Of a stretch of 64,000 bases of DNA, positions 55,222 through 64,000 are shown piece by piece. Each line of letters starts with the position of its first letter. The first letter of the stretch is position 1. The notes beneath the pieces are model-generated. The model did not search any database, was not told the DNA's origin, and was given only the letters and a program-made list of their open reading frames with translations. Position numbers and translations under genes: made by a program. The stretch is taken from positions 1-64,000 of IMG/VR virus record IMGVR_UViG_3300037245_001295; one strand, given 5' to 3'. Origin of the DNA: a virus.

Positions 55222-57966
55222 TCATTCCTCCAGTGCTAGTCGTTTGCCTTTTGCGATGTACCGTTTTGCATCCGGTTCTACTTTGACGTCCGTAAGGCTG
55301 ACATTTCCAACATAAAGCTGTCCGCCAGTGTTAATCCCCACTGGGAAGCTGTCTGGCACGTTTTGCCGAACCTTCCTCTTTGTCCAACTGGCCTGCTCGA
55401 ACGCTGTCAAAGTACCCATGAAATGGTTAAAGAAATCTTTGAACAAGGCCTTCTGTCCGGGACTTTCAAAGCAGTTCTCATTGATGAACTCATCAAGCGG
55501 GTTGCGATTGGATTCAGCAGCTTGTTCTTTGCCCGCCGTGTCCAGAACAGGGATGCGAAGTCGCGAAGTTGCTGCCGGTAGTGACAGACCCATTAAGGTG
55601 GCCATGAAGTGCGGGGCCTCCTCCTCCAAGGCTCGTATCAGGATCGGTTTAGGAATCTCTTCCAGAAGGGGGCCAACATACATGGCCGTGATCCGGGTGT
55701 CTCCCGGAAAGATCGGGCAGCTATCACGATAGTTAGCCGTCTGAACAAAGTGCAAGCAATTCCGCTGCTGGTAAACTTGCTGGTACATTGGTCTGATACT
55801 GAGAAACTGGGCGGTGGTCCATTCTTTGATTTTGTTGTAAACGGATGGACCGGCATTAGAAATGTTCACTTCGTCCACAACGCCTAAAACGGCGTTTGCA
55901 AGTTCGCCATTGAAGTCACTGGAACTGGTCAAAGCCCTGTCGGCCTTGACAACGCCCGCCGTCATCAGCAAATTGATCGCCTCATGGAAGATGGATTTAC
56001 CTGACTCCTGAGGGCCATACATAAAGAGGTATGGAAGTGGTTCAAAGGGCTCTCGGAGTAAGCAGGAAACCCATGCCGTCAGGTAATCTCTTCCGTTGAA
56101 AATGCCCCAGTTCTTGCACCATGAAGTCTCGGATACAACGCCGTCCAAATCTTCGCCACAGTGATCGAGAACTCGATCCCAGTGTGGGTGGTACGGTTGC
56201 TCGTCGTCCTCAAATCTGGCCGGTTGGTAGACCAATTGAGGTGCTCCAAGATTCCACTGACGACCTCCAGGGTATTCTTCGTGGAAGGGTTTACAGACCA
56301 TTAGCCATTGATTGATAATGGACTGACCCATAATCTTTGTCGGAGGTACGTCCGGCGGGGCATACAGGTTCAGGACGCTTGTGACATTTTCCCGGGGGTG
56401 TTTAATCCATGAGCCGCCCCGCACACAGATTCGCCAACCCGCGTCAGCATTTGATGGGGTCCGGCAAGACCGGATTAGTGTGTCAAATCTGGTGTAGTCG
56501 TCCTTCTCGCTGGAGGCGTCAACCATGATGTTGAAGACCTTGATCCACTTATTCTTTTTCTGGCCATCCCACGACTCAAAGCCAACGTCTGTCTCCCGGC
56601 GATCAAGTTCGACCACAAGCCTACCATCTTTGTTCTTACGTAGCGTGGCTCCCCGCTGCTCGTAATCGTTTGCGGCGGGCAGAGTCAACTCTGAGCCAAG
56701 TGCCTTTACGGCGTCCTTAGCGTCCTCCACCGCTGTGAAGTGGAAGCCCTTATTGTTCTCAAGTTCAGCACCGCCTAGAGCCGTGGCCGCCTCCGAGAGG
56801 ATCGGGGGGCGGTTGTAATGACACCACGTCCAACCCTCTCGATCCTGCTTCCATAAATCGTGTTCGGTGGTTCCTTGCCCGAAGCGAAATACCATGAACG
56901 ATCCACCTTGCTTCGGAATGGCAAAGCAGTTCGGTTTCGACAAGTCGGTCCCTGGCGACAAGGTGTCAAAGAAACCCCTGATTGGTTCACCCTGATCCGC
57001 ACACTCCGTGTACACTTGCTTCAAGGCTTGCGTGTGAGTTTGCAGCAGGGAGTGGTCAGGTACCCATACACATGAATAGCCCGTCATTTCCAGATCGGAG
57101 ATGATCTTTCTGTGCTTCTCATCCAAAGGCACCTTAGGGTGGGCTGAGGTCAGTTCTGTTAGCGGGTCTTGATCGTCAACCTCGTCCCCACTATCGTTTA
57201 CACCCACGACTCGAATCTTAGAGGATTTTCCACCGATGACGTCAAGATGGTCTCGCCAATTTGGGGGCAGATCAGATTCGATCAATTCATGCTCAGTCTT
57301 CTTGACGCAAGTGAAGCCGGGCGTTCCAAACATCTTAGTGTGCCCGACCCACATGTTCCCGCCGCATACATCAAGGTGGCTACCGAAGTCAAACTCTGCG
57401 TCGGTGCTCAGCTTGCCGAGAATGGCCCTAGCAATGGCCGCGTGTTCCGTGTGGTTCTGTGTCTTTGGCCGCTGGCCTTCCGCAAACCAAACGTAGAGGT
57501 GAAGCCCCTTCCCTCCGGTAGAACGCAGGACTTCAACGTAATCCAATTCACACGCCCGGTGCCGAATCTCCTCAAGCTGTGAGTCAGAGACGCCTGTGCC
57601 TGCGGCGTGGGAGGAGATGTCGTCAAAGTCAAATCCACAGCCCACCGACTCCCGGTTCTTCCAATCCCACCACGTCGTACCTATCCCCAACCAATGCTTC
57701 TCAAGAAGGAAGTCCAGCGGGCGATCGCGCCAATAGGGCTCGTTCATCGCGTTCTTAGGATAACGTATATGGTGCCATGTCTCAGATTCATCAGTCCAGA
57801 CGTTCCTCTTATCGTCAATGGGGTGACCGCCCTCAGGTGAGACGAGCAACTGTGTCTCCAGAGCATCGAGGTTATCGAGCCATCGGCAAAAGAACTCAGG
57901 ATTGTTGTGCTTGGGCAGCACTTCGTTTCGGAAGTATGTCTCGAAGGCTTCAAGAATAGATGCCAT
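55222..57966 (-). CDS. Primase-polymerase (AEP-like) fused to SF3/D5-like helicase
   Basis: FDFDD and RSTGGKGLHLY AEP motifs; GPQESGKS Walker A, VVDE Walker B, TAN motif C. Confidence 0.88.
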   Translation of the reverse strand: MASILEAFETYFRNEVLPKHNNPEFFCRWLDNLDALETQLLVSPEGGHPIDDKRNVWTDESETWHHIRYPKNAMNEPYWRDRPLDFLLEKHWLGIGTTWWDWKNRESVGCGFDFDDISSHAAGTGVSDSQLEEIRHRACELDYVEVLRSTGGKGLHLYVWFAEGQRPKTQNHTEHAAIARAILGKLSTDAEFDFGSHLDVCGGNMWVGHTKMFGTPGFTCVKKTEHELIESDLPPNWRDHLDVIGGKSSKIRVVGVNDSGDEVDDQDPLTELTSAHPKVPLDEKHRKIISDLEMTGYSCVWVPDHSLLQTHTQALKQVYTECADQGEPIRGFFDTLSPGTDLSKPNCFAIPKQGGSFMVFRFGQGTTEHDLWKQDREGWTWCHYNRPPILSEAATALGGAELENNKGFHFTAVEDAKDAVKALGSELTLPAANDYEQRGATLRKNKDGRLVVELDRRETDVGFESWDGQKKNKWIKVFNIMVDASSEKDDYTRFDTLIRSCRTPSNADAGWRICVRGGSWIKHPRENVTSVLNLYAPPDVPPTKIMGQSIINQWLMVCKPFHEEYPGGRQWNLGAPQLVYQPARFEDDEQPYHPHWDRVLDHCGEDLDGVVSETSWCKNWGIFNGRDYLTAWVSCLLREPFEPLPYLFMYGPQESGKSIFHEAINLLMTAGVVKADRALTSSSDFNGELANAVLGVVDEVNISNAGPSVYNKIKEWTTAQFLSIRPMYQQVYQQRNCLHFVQTANYRDSCPIFPGDTRITAMYVGPLLEEIPKPILIRALEEEAPHFMATLMGLSLPAATSRLRIPVLDTAGKEQAAESNRNPLDEFINENCFESPGQKALFKDFFNHFMGTLTAFEQASWTKRKVRQNVPDSFPVGINTGGQLYVGNVSLTDVKVEPDAKRYIAKGKRLALEE

Positions 57967-57978
57967 GCTGTGTCCTTA

Positions 57979-58185
57979 TTAGTCTTCCATTGCCACCACG
58001 CGATTCGTCATCGAGCGACGAACCCGTGTAAGTATACTGACCCTTGCCTTGTACCACTCTGTTCCAGGAGCGGCGAATGTGTGGGCTCGTTGTTTAGCGG
58101 CTTCCCCGCTCACTTCAACTACAACGGCATTTTGGCCCCTGGGAAGGTGTAGCCAGAAGATGTACTTGTGATCCGGTGTGTTCAT
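57979..58185 (-). CDS. Small hypothetical protein
   Basis: Starts inside the left inverted-repeat arm with GAGGGG RBS. Confidence 0.65.
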   Translation of the reverse strand: MNTPDHKYIFWLHLPRGQNAVVVEVSGEAAKQRAHTFAAPGTEWYKARVSILTRVRRSMTNRVVAMED

Positions 58186-58748
58186 AACGTCCCCTCGCTC
58201 CTATACTTCTATATTACGCCAAACGGAGAGCAGCGGTAGCGCTAAATGAGAAAATTGCAAAGTGGATGGAAAACCCCTCTGATGGGTGTCGCATCCACTG
58301 GTTATCCACTAATTATGCCCCCGGTTGGGGGTATTATCCACTCAGTCGGCGCAGGGAATCTTGCTTAAACTCTATACAGTTGTACTTCTTCTCACTATGA
58401 GTGGATGAAAGAGAGTGGATAAGGTAGGAAAGACTATCTGAGAGAAAAAAGAAAAAGAAAATCTATAGGGGAGAGTTAACCCCCATCCACTCTGCGTTTA
58501 TCCACTCTCGACCTAAACCCTTGTCCCGCAACGACTTACGACAGTATTACTGTACATAAGGCGAGTGGATAAACAAAATTCCATCCACTCTGAAGCGATC
58601 TAAACCCCCTCTACCGGGGGTGGTCATACCTCTACTGGCAGTTTGACTACCCCTCTGTAGATTAGTTCAGTAAATTTCTCGTTTAGCGCTACCGCTACTC
58701 TCCGTTTGGCGTAATATAGAAGTATAGGAGCGAGGGGACGTTATGAAC
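58180..58748. repeat. 74-bp inverted repeats (58180-58253 / 58675-58748, 2 mismatches) flanking iteron cluster B; probable replication origin
   Basis: Arms compared base by base; about 10 AGTGGAT(AA)/ATCCACT boxes and an A-rich tract between them. Confidence 0.85.
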
Positions 58749-59693
58749 TTGGCACACATTGACTTGGAACTAATCCGTGCCCCTAAGTATCTCCTCCGCC
58801 CTGTGCGTGTCAACAGCGTCGAGTACGCGGAGATGCTGGACTCTATAAGAGATAATGGACTGTGGCAGCCTATCCTTGTTAGGGTGCTCGACAACGGCGA
58901 CTATGAGGTTGTGGAGGGTAACTGGCGGTATACTTGCTGTAAGCAACTCAGGTTCACAGCCATCCCTTGCATTGTATGCAAGCTCACAGACCCCGAGGTG
59001 CTGGTGGCACAGCTACAGTGCAATGGAATCCGACCAGAGACCACGCCGGTGGAATTTTCCGAACGTTTGGCACAGATTTTGCATAATACTCCTGGGATGA
59101 CTGTGCCAAAACTCGCAAAACTGATTCGCAAGAGCCCGTCTTGGATTCACAAAATCCTGCGGTTACAAAAGCTGCGAGCGCAATACAGCACGATGGTACG
59201 TAGAGGAGAGATGTCACTTACGGCCGCATGCGCCTTGGCCCGACTGCCCCCTGAATACCAAGATTTGCTGATAGACAAGGCTACAACATTATCAGCAAAG
59301 GACTTCACAGCCCTTGCCAACACGGAACTAAAACGTCTTCGGGAGGCTTCACGAAATGCGTACATTGATGGCCATGTTATCAATCAATCCAAACCGGTAC
59401 CATACCTTCGGAAGTTCGTTAAACTGCGGGGCGAATACCACAGGCCGACCGCCGCCGGTCCAACTTTGATTAAGATGGGCGCAGAGACAGCAATGGAGGG
59501 CTGGCTAACTTGTATGGCATGGATTATGCACATGGACCCGGATAGTATCGAGGATCAAGAACAAACGGTTCTCGCACGAAGTAAGATAGAACAGCGCGCA
59601 GCAAAGAGGCGAAAGAAAGAAAGACGCGCACTCAGGAAACTAAGAGAGGAAACTGGAGAAACAGAAATCCACCATTTGGAGAGTGAAGAATGA
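58743..59693 (+). CDS. ParB/Spo0J-like protein
   Basis: SIR.NGLWQPILVR..YEVVEG..RY; HTH LAKLIRKSPSWI..L.L. Confidence 0.85.
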   Translation: MNLAHIDLELIRAPKYLLRPVRVNSVEYAEMLDSIRDNGLWQPILVRVLDNGDYEVVEGNWRYTCCKQLRFTAIPCIVCKLTDPEVLVAQLQCNGIRPETTPVEFSERLAQILHNTPGMTVPKLAKLIRKSPSWIHKILRLQKLRAQYSTMVRRGEMSLTAACALARLPPEYQDLLIDKATTLSAKDFTALANTELKRLREASRNAYIDGHVINQSKPVPYLRKFVKLRGEYHRPTAAGPTLIKMGAETAMEGWLTCMAWIMHMDPDSIEDQEQTVLARSKIEQRAAKRRKKERRALRKLREETGETEIHHLESEE

Positions 59694-60421
59694 GTAAGAA
59701 AAACTCTTTAGTACCGTTTGATGCGAACGCCCTTCCGAGCACTGAGCTTGCGACGGACGAGCAACTTCAAGAGTTGTCCAAGGGAGTCGATTATTTGCAG
59801 CGTGTCCAGTTGGTCACGAAGGGCAAGTACGTTGACACGGGTAAGATTAAGCCCGGCCACTATGGTGTCCCCCAGCCCGGCGGCGAAGAGATTGATGATC
59901 TCGGCCCCGAGGTTGACTTCCTTCCTCTGTGTGTTCGGCCGAAGGCCTTGGACATGCGGGATCGTGAAGCAATCGTGGCAGTCTATGATATGGACAACCC
60001 GTCCTTCAAGGAAATCAAGAAGCTGTCAGCACAGTCCGATAGTAACTGTATGTGGGGGCCGTCGTTCCTCGTTCTCGAACGTTCGACAAACTCCCTCTTC
60101 GAGTTCTTTATGAGCAACAAGTCGTCTCGTGCTGAGTCAGGTAACTTGGTTAAGTTCCTGCCGATCAGCAAAGAGAAGGCTGAGCGAACAGGGGTCGAGC
60201 CGCAAGGGCCTATGCCTTGCACCTTGAAAGCTCGCTACGCAACGAGCGGTTCGTGGGGCTGGCATGTGCCAGTCGTAACGAAATGTTCTGAGCCCTTCAC
60301 CAACTCCCCGGATATTGAACGTATCCGAGAGGAGATGGTGAAGTTCACCTCTGTTAAGGATAACGGAGTTCAGAACGTGACAGAGGAAGAGGCCAAGGCG
60401 ACGAATCGCCGAGCCCGTTAA
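59690..60421 (+). CDS. Putative ssDNA-binding/recombination protein
   Basis: Position in replication operon; aromatic WGWHVP strand; followed by terminator. Confidence 0.45.
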   Translation: MSKKNSLVPFDANALPSTELATDEQLQELSKGVDYLQRVQLVTKGKYVDTGKIKPGHYGVPQPGGEEIDDLGPEVDFLPLCVRPKALDMRDREAIVAVYDMDNPSFKEIKKLSAQSDSNCMWGPSFLVLERSTNSLFEFFMSNKSSRAESGNLVKFLPISKEKAERTGVEPQGPMPCTLKARYATSGSWGWHVPVVTKCSEPFTNSPDIERIREEMVKFTSVKDNGVQNVTEEEAKATNRRAR

Positions 60422-60429
60422 ACCCGCTA

Positions 60430-60470
60430 AGGGAGCCGGAAAATAGCGATCCGGCTCCCTACCTTTTTCT
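60430..60470 (+). terminator. Rho-independent terminator-like hairpin
   Basis: AGGGAGCCGGA..TCCGGCTCCCT then T run. Confidence 0.8.
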
Positions 60471-60471
60471 G

Positions 60472-60544
60472 GGCGCGGTCGTCCAGTGGACCAAGACTCC
60501 GGGCTTTCATCCCGGCAACCGGGGTTCAATTCCCCGTCGCGTCA
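60472..60544 (+). tRNA. tRNA-Glu(TTC), CCA not encoded
   Basis: GGCGCGG/TCGCGTC acceptor; CCGGG-CTTTCAT-CCCGG; CGGGG-TTCAATT-CCCCG. Confidence 0.92.
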
Positions 60545-60576
60545 CTCACAGTAATTTAACCTCAGGAGAGAAGAAA

Positions 60577-60951
60577 ATGTTTACGAGATCATCCCTTAAT
60601 CTGTTGAAGTCAGCCGCAAAGTCCGATGCCGCAGCCCAGAGGGCGTTCGCACTCGCTCAAGCCGCGCAGACTAAGGCTAATAAGGCGCGAGAACTTGCCA
60701 GCGTGGCCGAAGCGAAGGAGCTAATCCTTGAACTGTCGAAAGCTGAGGTAGCGGCAAGACTGACCCAGACAAACGCTGCGTCAGCCTACATGGCTTCCGT
60801 TACAGACCGCAATTCTGCGTCGTCCGTTTATGAAGCCTCTAAGAAGAATGAGGAGGTCACGAAGGCAGCGTTGGCTCAGGCAGACGCGACCCTCATCGCG
60901 GCCGAAGATGCCGCCACCGTAGAGCGCGACCTAATCAAAACCACGGAGTGA
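60577..60951 (+). CDS. Ala-rich coiled-coil protein
   Basis: AGGAG RBS; 124 aa. Confidence 0.7.
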   Translation: MFTRSSLNLLKSAAKSDAAAQRAFALAQAAQTKANKARELASVAEAKELILELSKAEVAARLTQTNAASAYMASVTDRNSASSVYEASKKNEEVTKAALAQADATLIAAEDAATVERDLIKTTE

Positions 60952-60954
60952 CTC

Positions 60955-61422
60955 ATGGACAACTCAGATTTAAGTGCAGGCCCCATCGAACATCTCGGAG
61001 GTGCCGAGCAACCGCTGGGCGACATCACTGCATTGTCACCTGAGATGGCTATCAAATCGCTACAACTGCTGAAAGCGAAGACTGAAGCTGACGCAGCAGA
61101 ATACGAGAAGCGGTTGGTCATGCAGCAGTTCCGCCCGTGTAAGATGTACCCTGTCGTCATCTACCATGACGGTATGCGTTGGGTCTGCTCGATGGGCGTC
61201 ATGGGCAACGCTTACAGTGACTATCTGCCTGACAGCGCAATGGGTCAGTCGGGGGTAGAGGGTTACGGCGAGTTCCCTGAGCAAGCGATGCAAAACTTCG
61301 ACGCTATGTGGGTAGGTATGGTGGCCGAGGAATTGGCCGACGCTGCGAACGACTCCAATGATGACTCTGACGACAGCCCTGACGACGACCCTGACGATGA
61401 CTTTTTCGGAGAAGAAGTATGA
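60955..61422 (+). CDS. Hypothetical protein with acidic tail
   Basis: GGAG RBS; Asp-rich C-terminus. Confidence 0.7.
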   Translation: MDNSDLSAGPIEHLGGAEQPLGDITALSPEMAIKSLQLLKAKTEADAAEYEKRLVMQQFRPCKMYPVVIYHDGMRWVCSMGVMGNAYSDYLPDSAMGQSGVEGYGEFPEQAMQNFDAMWVGMVAEELADAANDSNDDSDDSPDDDPDDDFFGEEV

Positions 61423-61943
61423 CACCCGGAGTAGCGATGATCCTGCGATCTGAAATGGACCTTGGCACATTGCTGCCATTAACACGTAGGCTTCTGGGGT
61501 ACAGTATTGCAAAGCAAGCTGATGGGGCCACGATCCCCTTGGCTCCTATTGCCCACCAACTAGCCTGCCTCGCCGGGTTTAAGGATGAAAAAGCATCACC
61601 GACAGTCAGAGGCGGCGACTCTTATCTGGGTCTGCTTTCTGTTGGCTTCTTAGTTGCAGCAGACGAGCGGGACATGGTCTTCATCTTAGAAGCCACGCTC
61701 GGTATGGAATGGGTCGTCACAGATAGCACTCAACGCGGTACGCAGGCAGCACTAATCACCGGCACGCTGGCCCAGTGGAAGCGAGCGGTACGGGCAGCCT
61801 GTAAGCCTTCAACAGCCACCGCCGTGCGGCAGACCTACAATGCTGTGTATCGGCAGCTTTCCGATCAGAGTCTTCGCCCGTTATTCGGAGACCTCCGGGA
61901 ACACAAGCAAACAGACCAAACTTTTCTGCTGTTGGAAGGCTGA
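61419..61943 (+). CDS. Hypothetical protein, weakly ThyX-like C-terminus
   Basis: ITGTLAQWKR..C..VRQ..VY..L; no RHR motif. Confidence 0.55.
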   Translation: MTPGVAMILRSEMDLGTLLPLTRRLLGYSIAKQADGATIPLAPIAHQLACLAGFKDEKASPTVRGGDSYLGLLSVGFLVAADERDMVFILEATLGMEWVVTDSTQRGTQAALITGTLAQWKRAVRAACKPSTATAVRQTYNAVYRQLSDQSLRPLFGDLREHKQTDQTFLLLEG

Positions 61944-61945
61944 GC

Positions 61946-62134
61946 ATGTACATCATCGTATTCACTGAGGACACACAGTCTGTTGTATCAACCGCCAAAG
62001 GAACGCCGCGAGATTTTTCAAAGGCGAAGAAGGCGAGAAACTTCATTCAAGGTAGGCCACGATTACGCAATCTTAAATGGCGGGTTGTTGAAGACCTACC
62101 CACAAACATCCAACGATTGAGAGTGGACCTGTAA
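61946..62134 (+). CDS. Small basic protein
   Basis: Coupled to helicase start (TAATG). Confidence 0.55.
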   Translation: MYIIVFTEDTQSVVSTAKGTPRDFSKAKKARNFIQGRPRLRNLKWRVVEDLPTNIQRLRVDL

Positions 62135-64000
62135 TGTCAGAACCAGAAACAGTTCATCTGATGACGGAGACAAGTAGCGGGAAACTGATTAAAGTCCCGG
62201 TAACTTTCCAAGTGGTCAAGAAGCGGATCGAGTTTCTCAAATGCCCGTTTGCGTTGAAGGACGAGATCAAAGCAATGGCAGGGGCAAAGTGGCACGGGTA
62301 TGATGACGTAAAACGGATGATCTGGTCAGTCTCAGATTGTGCTAGGAACCGCTTCCAGCTTGCCTTCATGCAAGGTCAGAATCCATACACCCGTTGGGAG
62401 AAGCCTCTACAGGAATTCAGCTACGAGCGGCCACTGCGGCAGCACCAAGAACTGATGTCGAACTGGGGCCTGACGTATCATTACTGCATCCTGGCGGCCG
62501 AGATGGGTACTGGTAAGACTCTCTCTGCTATCGAGATCATGGAACAGTCGGGCTTTGAGGACTGGTGGTGGGTTGGGCCGAAGTCTGGGCTCAAGGCAGT
62601 CGAACGGGAGTTTAAGAAGTGGGGCTTGACCGGTGTTGACTTGAAGCTGATGACCTACGAAGCCTTGCGAAACATCGTGAAGAACTGGACACCCGGCGAC
62701 AGGCCACCCCACGGACTGGTCTGTGATGAGTCCAGTCGCCTGAAGAATCACCGGGCAAAGAGGTCAGAAGCGGCTCAGCATTTGGCTGACGGCATCCGTG
62801 AGGCCTTCGGCAGTGATGGCTATGTCATTGAGATGTCTGGCACACCATCGCCCAAATCGCCAGTGGACTGGTGGAGCCAGTGCGAGATCGCCGCCCCAGG
62901 CTTTCTGCGTGAGGGTAGTATGAAATCGTTCGAGCGGCGGATGGGCATCTTTGCGGAGAAGGAAACGTCCCAGGGAAAACACCTGCAACGAATCGCGTGG
63001 TTAGACGACGAAGACAAGTGCGCGATCTGTGGCGGCTATGCGGACGAAGAACAGCATAACCCCGACCTCTTCGCAGAGGACTACCACCCGTGGGAGGCGA
63101 GCTTCAATGAGGTGGCTTTTTTGAACGAGAGACTGCAAGGGCTGGTGCTGGTTCTACACAAGAAGGATTGCCTCGACCTGCCCGAGAAGCAGTACCGCAC
63201 CGTCGAGTGTCCGATGACTCCGACGACCGAGCGGGTGGCGAAGGCGTTGGCAAAGATCGCTCCGAATGTAATCACCGGCCTGACATGGCTGCGTGAGTTG
63301 AGCGACGGCTTCCAGTACAGGGACGAAGTTGATGGCACTGATCCGTGCCCCGTCTGTGCTAGTACCGACACACCTGGGCAGACTGAAGTGTGGTGTGACC
63401 CGGAGGACGAGGACCGCCAGTTTGAGATGGTGGACATGCTCGACCCAGAGTATGTCGAGACGTTGGAGAAGAAGCTGATCGAATGCCCAACGTGCGAAGG
63501 TTCGGCCGAAGTGCCTCATAAGATTCGTGTCACTCGGGAAGTACCCTGCCCGAAGGACAAGGCACTAATTGAACTGCTTGACGAAAATGACGATCAAGGT
63601 CGCCTCGTGGTGTTCACCGGTTTCACCGGCTCTGTGGACCGAATCACCAAACTCTGTCTGAAGCAGAAGTGGGCAGTCGTCAAGGTTGACGGCCGTGGTT
63701 GGAAAGTCTGGGACATGGACGGCAACTACCTTCTGAAAGAAGACCCGCTAGAATACTGGGCCGACATTGCCAAGAACAGACGAGTCGTCTTCGTTGCCCA
63801 CCCGCAGTCCGGCGGCATGGGCCTGACGCTCACTGAGAGCCGCATGGCCGTCTTCTACAGTAATGACTTCAACCCAGAGTCCCGGTCGCAGGCAGAGGAT
63901 CGCATCCACCGCATGGGCACGGATGTGAATCTAGGTGCGACAATCGTAGACCTGATCCACCTGCCGACAGACGCGAGGGTGCGAGACATCTTGAGACAAA
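62134..64000 (+). CDS. SNF2-family helicase, runs off the window end (absent from ORF track)
   Basis: AEMGTGKT, DESS, SGTP, GLTLT and QAEDRIHRMG motifs read in frame from ATG 62134. Confidence 0.9.
   Translation, partial: MSEPETVHLMTETSSGKLIKVPVTFQVVKKRIEFLKCPFALKDEIKAMAGAKWHGYDDVKRMIWSVSDCARNRFQLAFMQGQNPYTRWEKPLQEFSYERPLRQHQELMSNWGLTYHYCILAAEMGTGKTLSAIEIMEQSGFEDWWWVGPKSGLKAVEREFKKWGLTGVDLKLMTYEALRNIVKNWTPGDRPPHGLVCDESSRLKNHRAKRSEAAQHLADGIREAFGSDGYVIEMSGTPSPKSPVDWWSQCEIAAPGFLREGSMKSFERRMGIFAEKETSQGKHLQRIAWLDDEDKCAICGGYADEEQHNPDLFAEDYHPWEASFNEVAFLNERLQGLVLVLHKKDCLDLPEKQYRTVECPMTPTTERVAKALAKIAPNVITGLTWLRELSDGFQYRDEVDGTDPCPVCASTDTPGQTEVWCDPEDEDRQFEMVDMLDPEYVETLEKKLIECPTCEGSAEVPHKIRVTREVPCPKDKALIELLDENDDQGRLVVFTGFTGSVDRITKLCLKQKWAVVKVDGRGWKVWDMDGNYLLKEDPLEYWADIAKNRRVVFVAHPQSGGMGLTLTESRMAVFYSNDFNPESRSQAEDRIHRMGTDVNLGATIVDLIHLPTDARVRDILRQ

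Noticed and set aside
58261-58589. Bacterial oriC with DnaA boxes
   Set aside because: Boxes consistently end in T (TTATCCACT) or are shorter, and the context is entirely phage; kept as phage iterons

Overview
The window is part of a tailed dsDNA phage genome with a siphovirus-like layout. No integrase, rRNA or host housekeeping genes are visible. (1) 1-3900: gene-poor left arm with a GTCGGGC x14 repeat, a 54-bp tandem repeat and an AGTGGATA iteron-like cluster. (2) 3950-16190: early region with repeated sigma70-type promoters, two tRNA genes (one atypical), an endonuclease VII-like gene, a small alarmone-hydrolase-like HD gene and a dense array of short interleaved paralog families, one with about 9 members. 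(3) 16300-53100: late region with TerS-like gene, fibre/decoration genes, a Tat-signal papain-like protease plus thioredoxin module, TerL, portal, scaffold, major capsid, tail tube, frameshifted chaperone, tape measure and tail tip; three genes carry 7-repeat beta-propellers. (4) 53100-64000: divergent replication module with DEDDh exonuclease, DUF5664-like protein, primase-helicase, a probable origin flanked by 74-bp inverted repeats, ParB-like protein, tRNA-Glu and a SNF2 helicase cut by the window end. The best candidates for undescribed biology are the promoter-punctuated paralog array, the exported protease/thioredoxin module where a lysis cassette would be expected, the shared ACY leader on scaffold and capsid, and the bipartite iteron system. 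All family calls come from motif recognition by eye; no searches were run. A Planctomycetota-like host is only a tentative inference.
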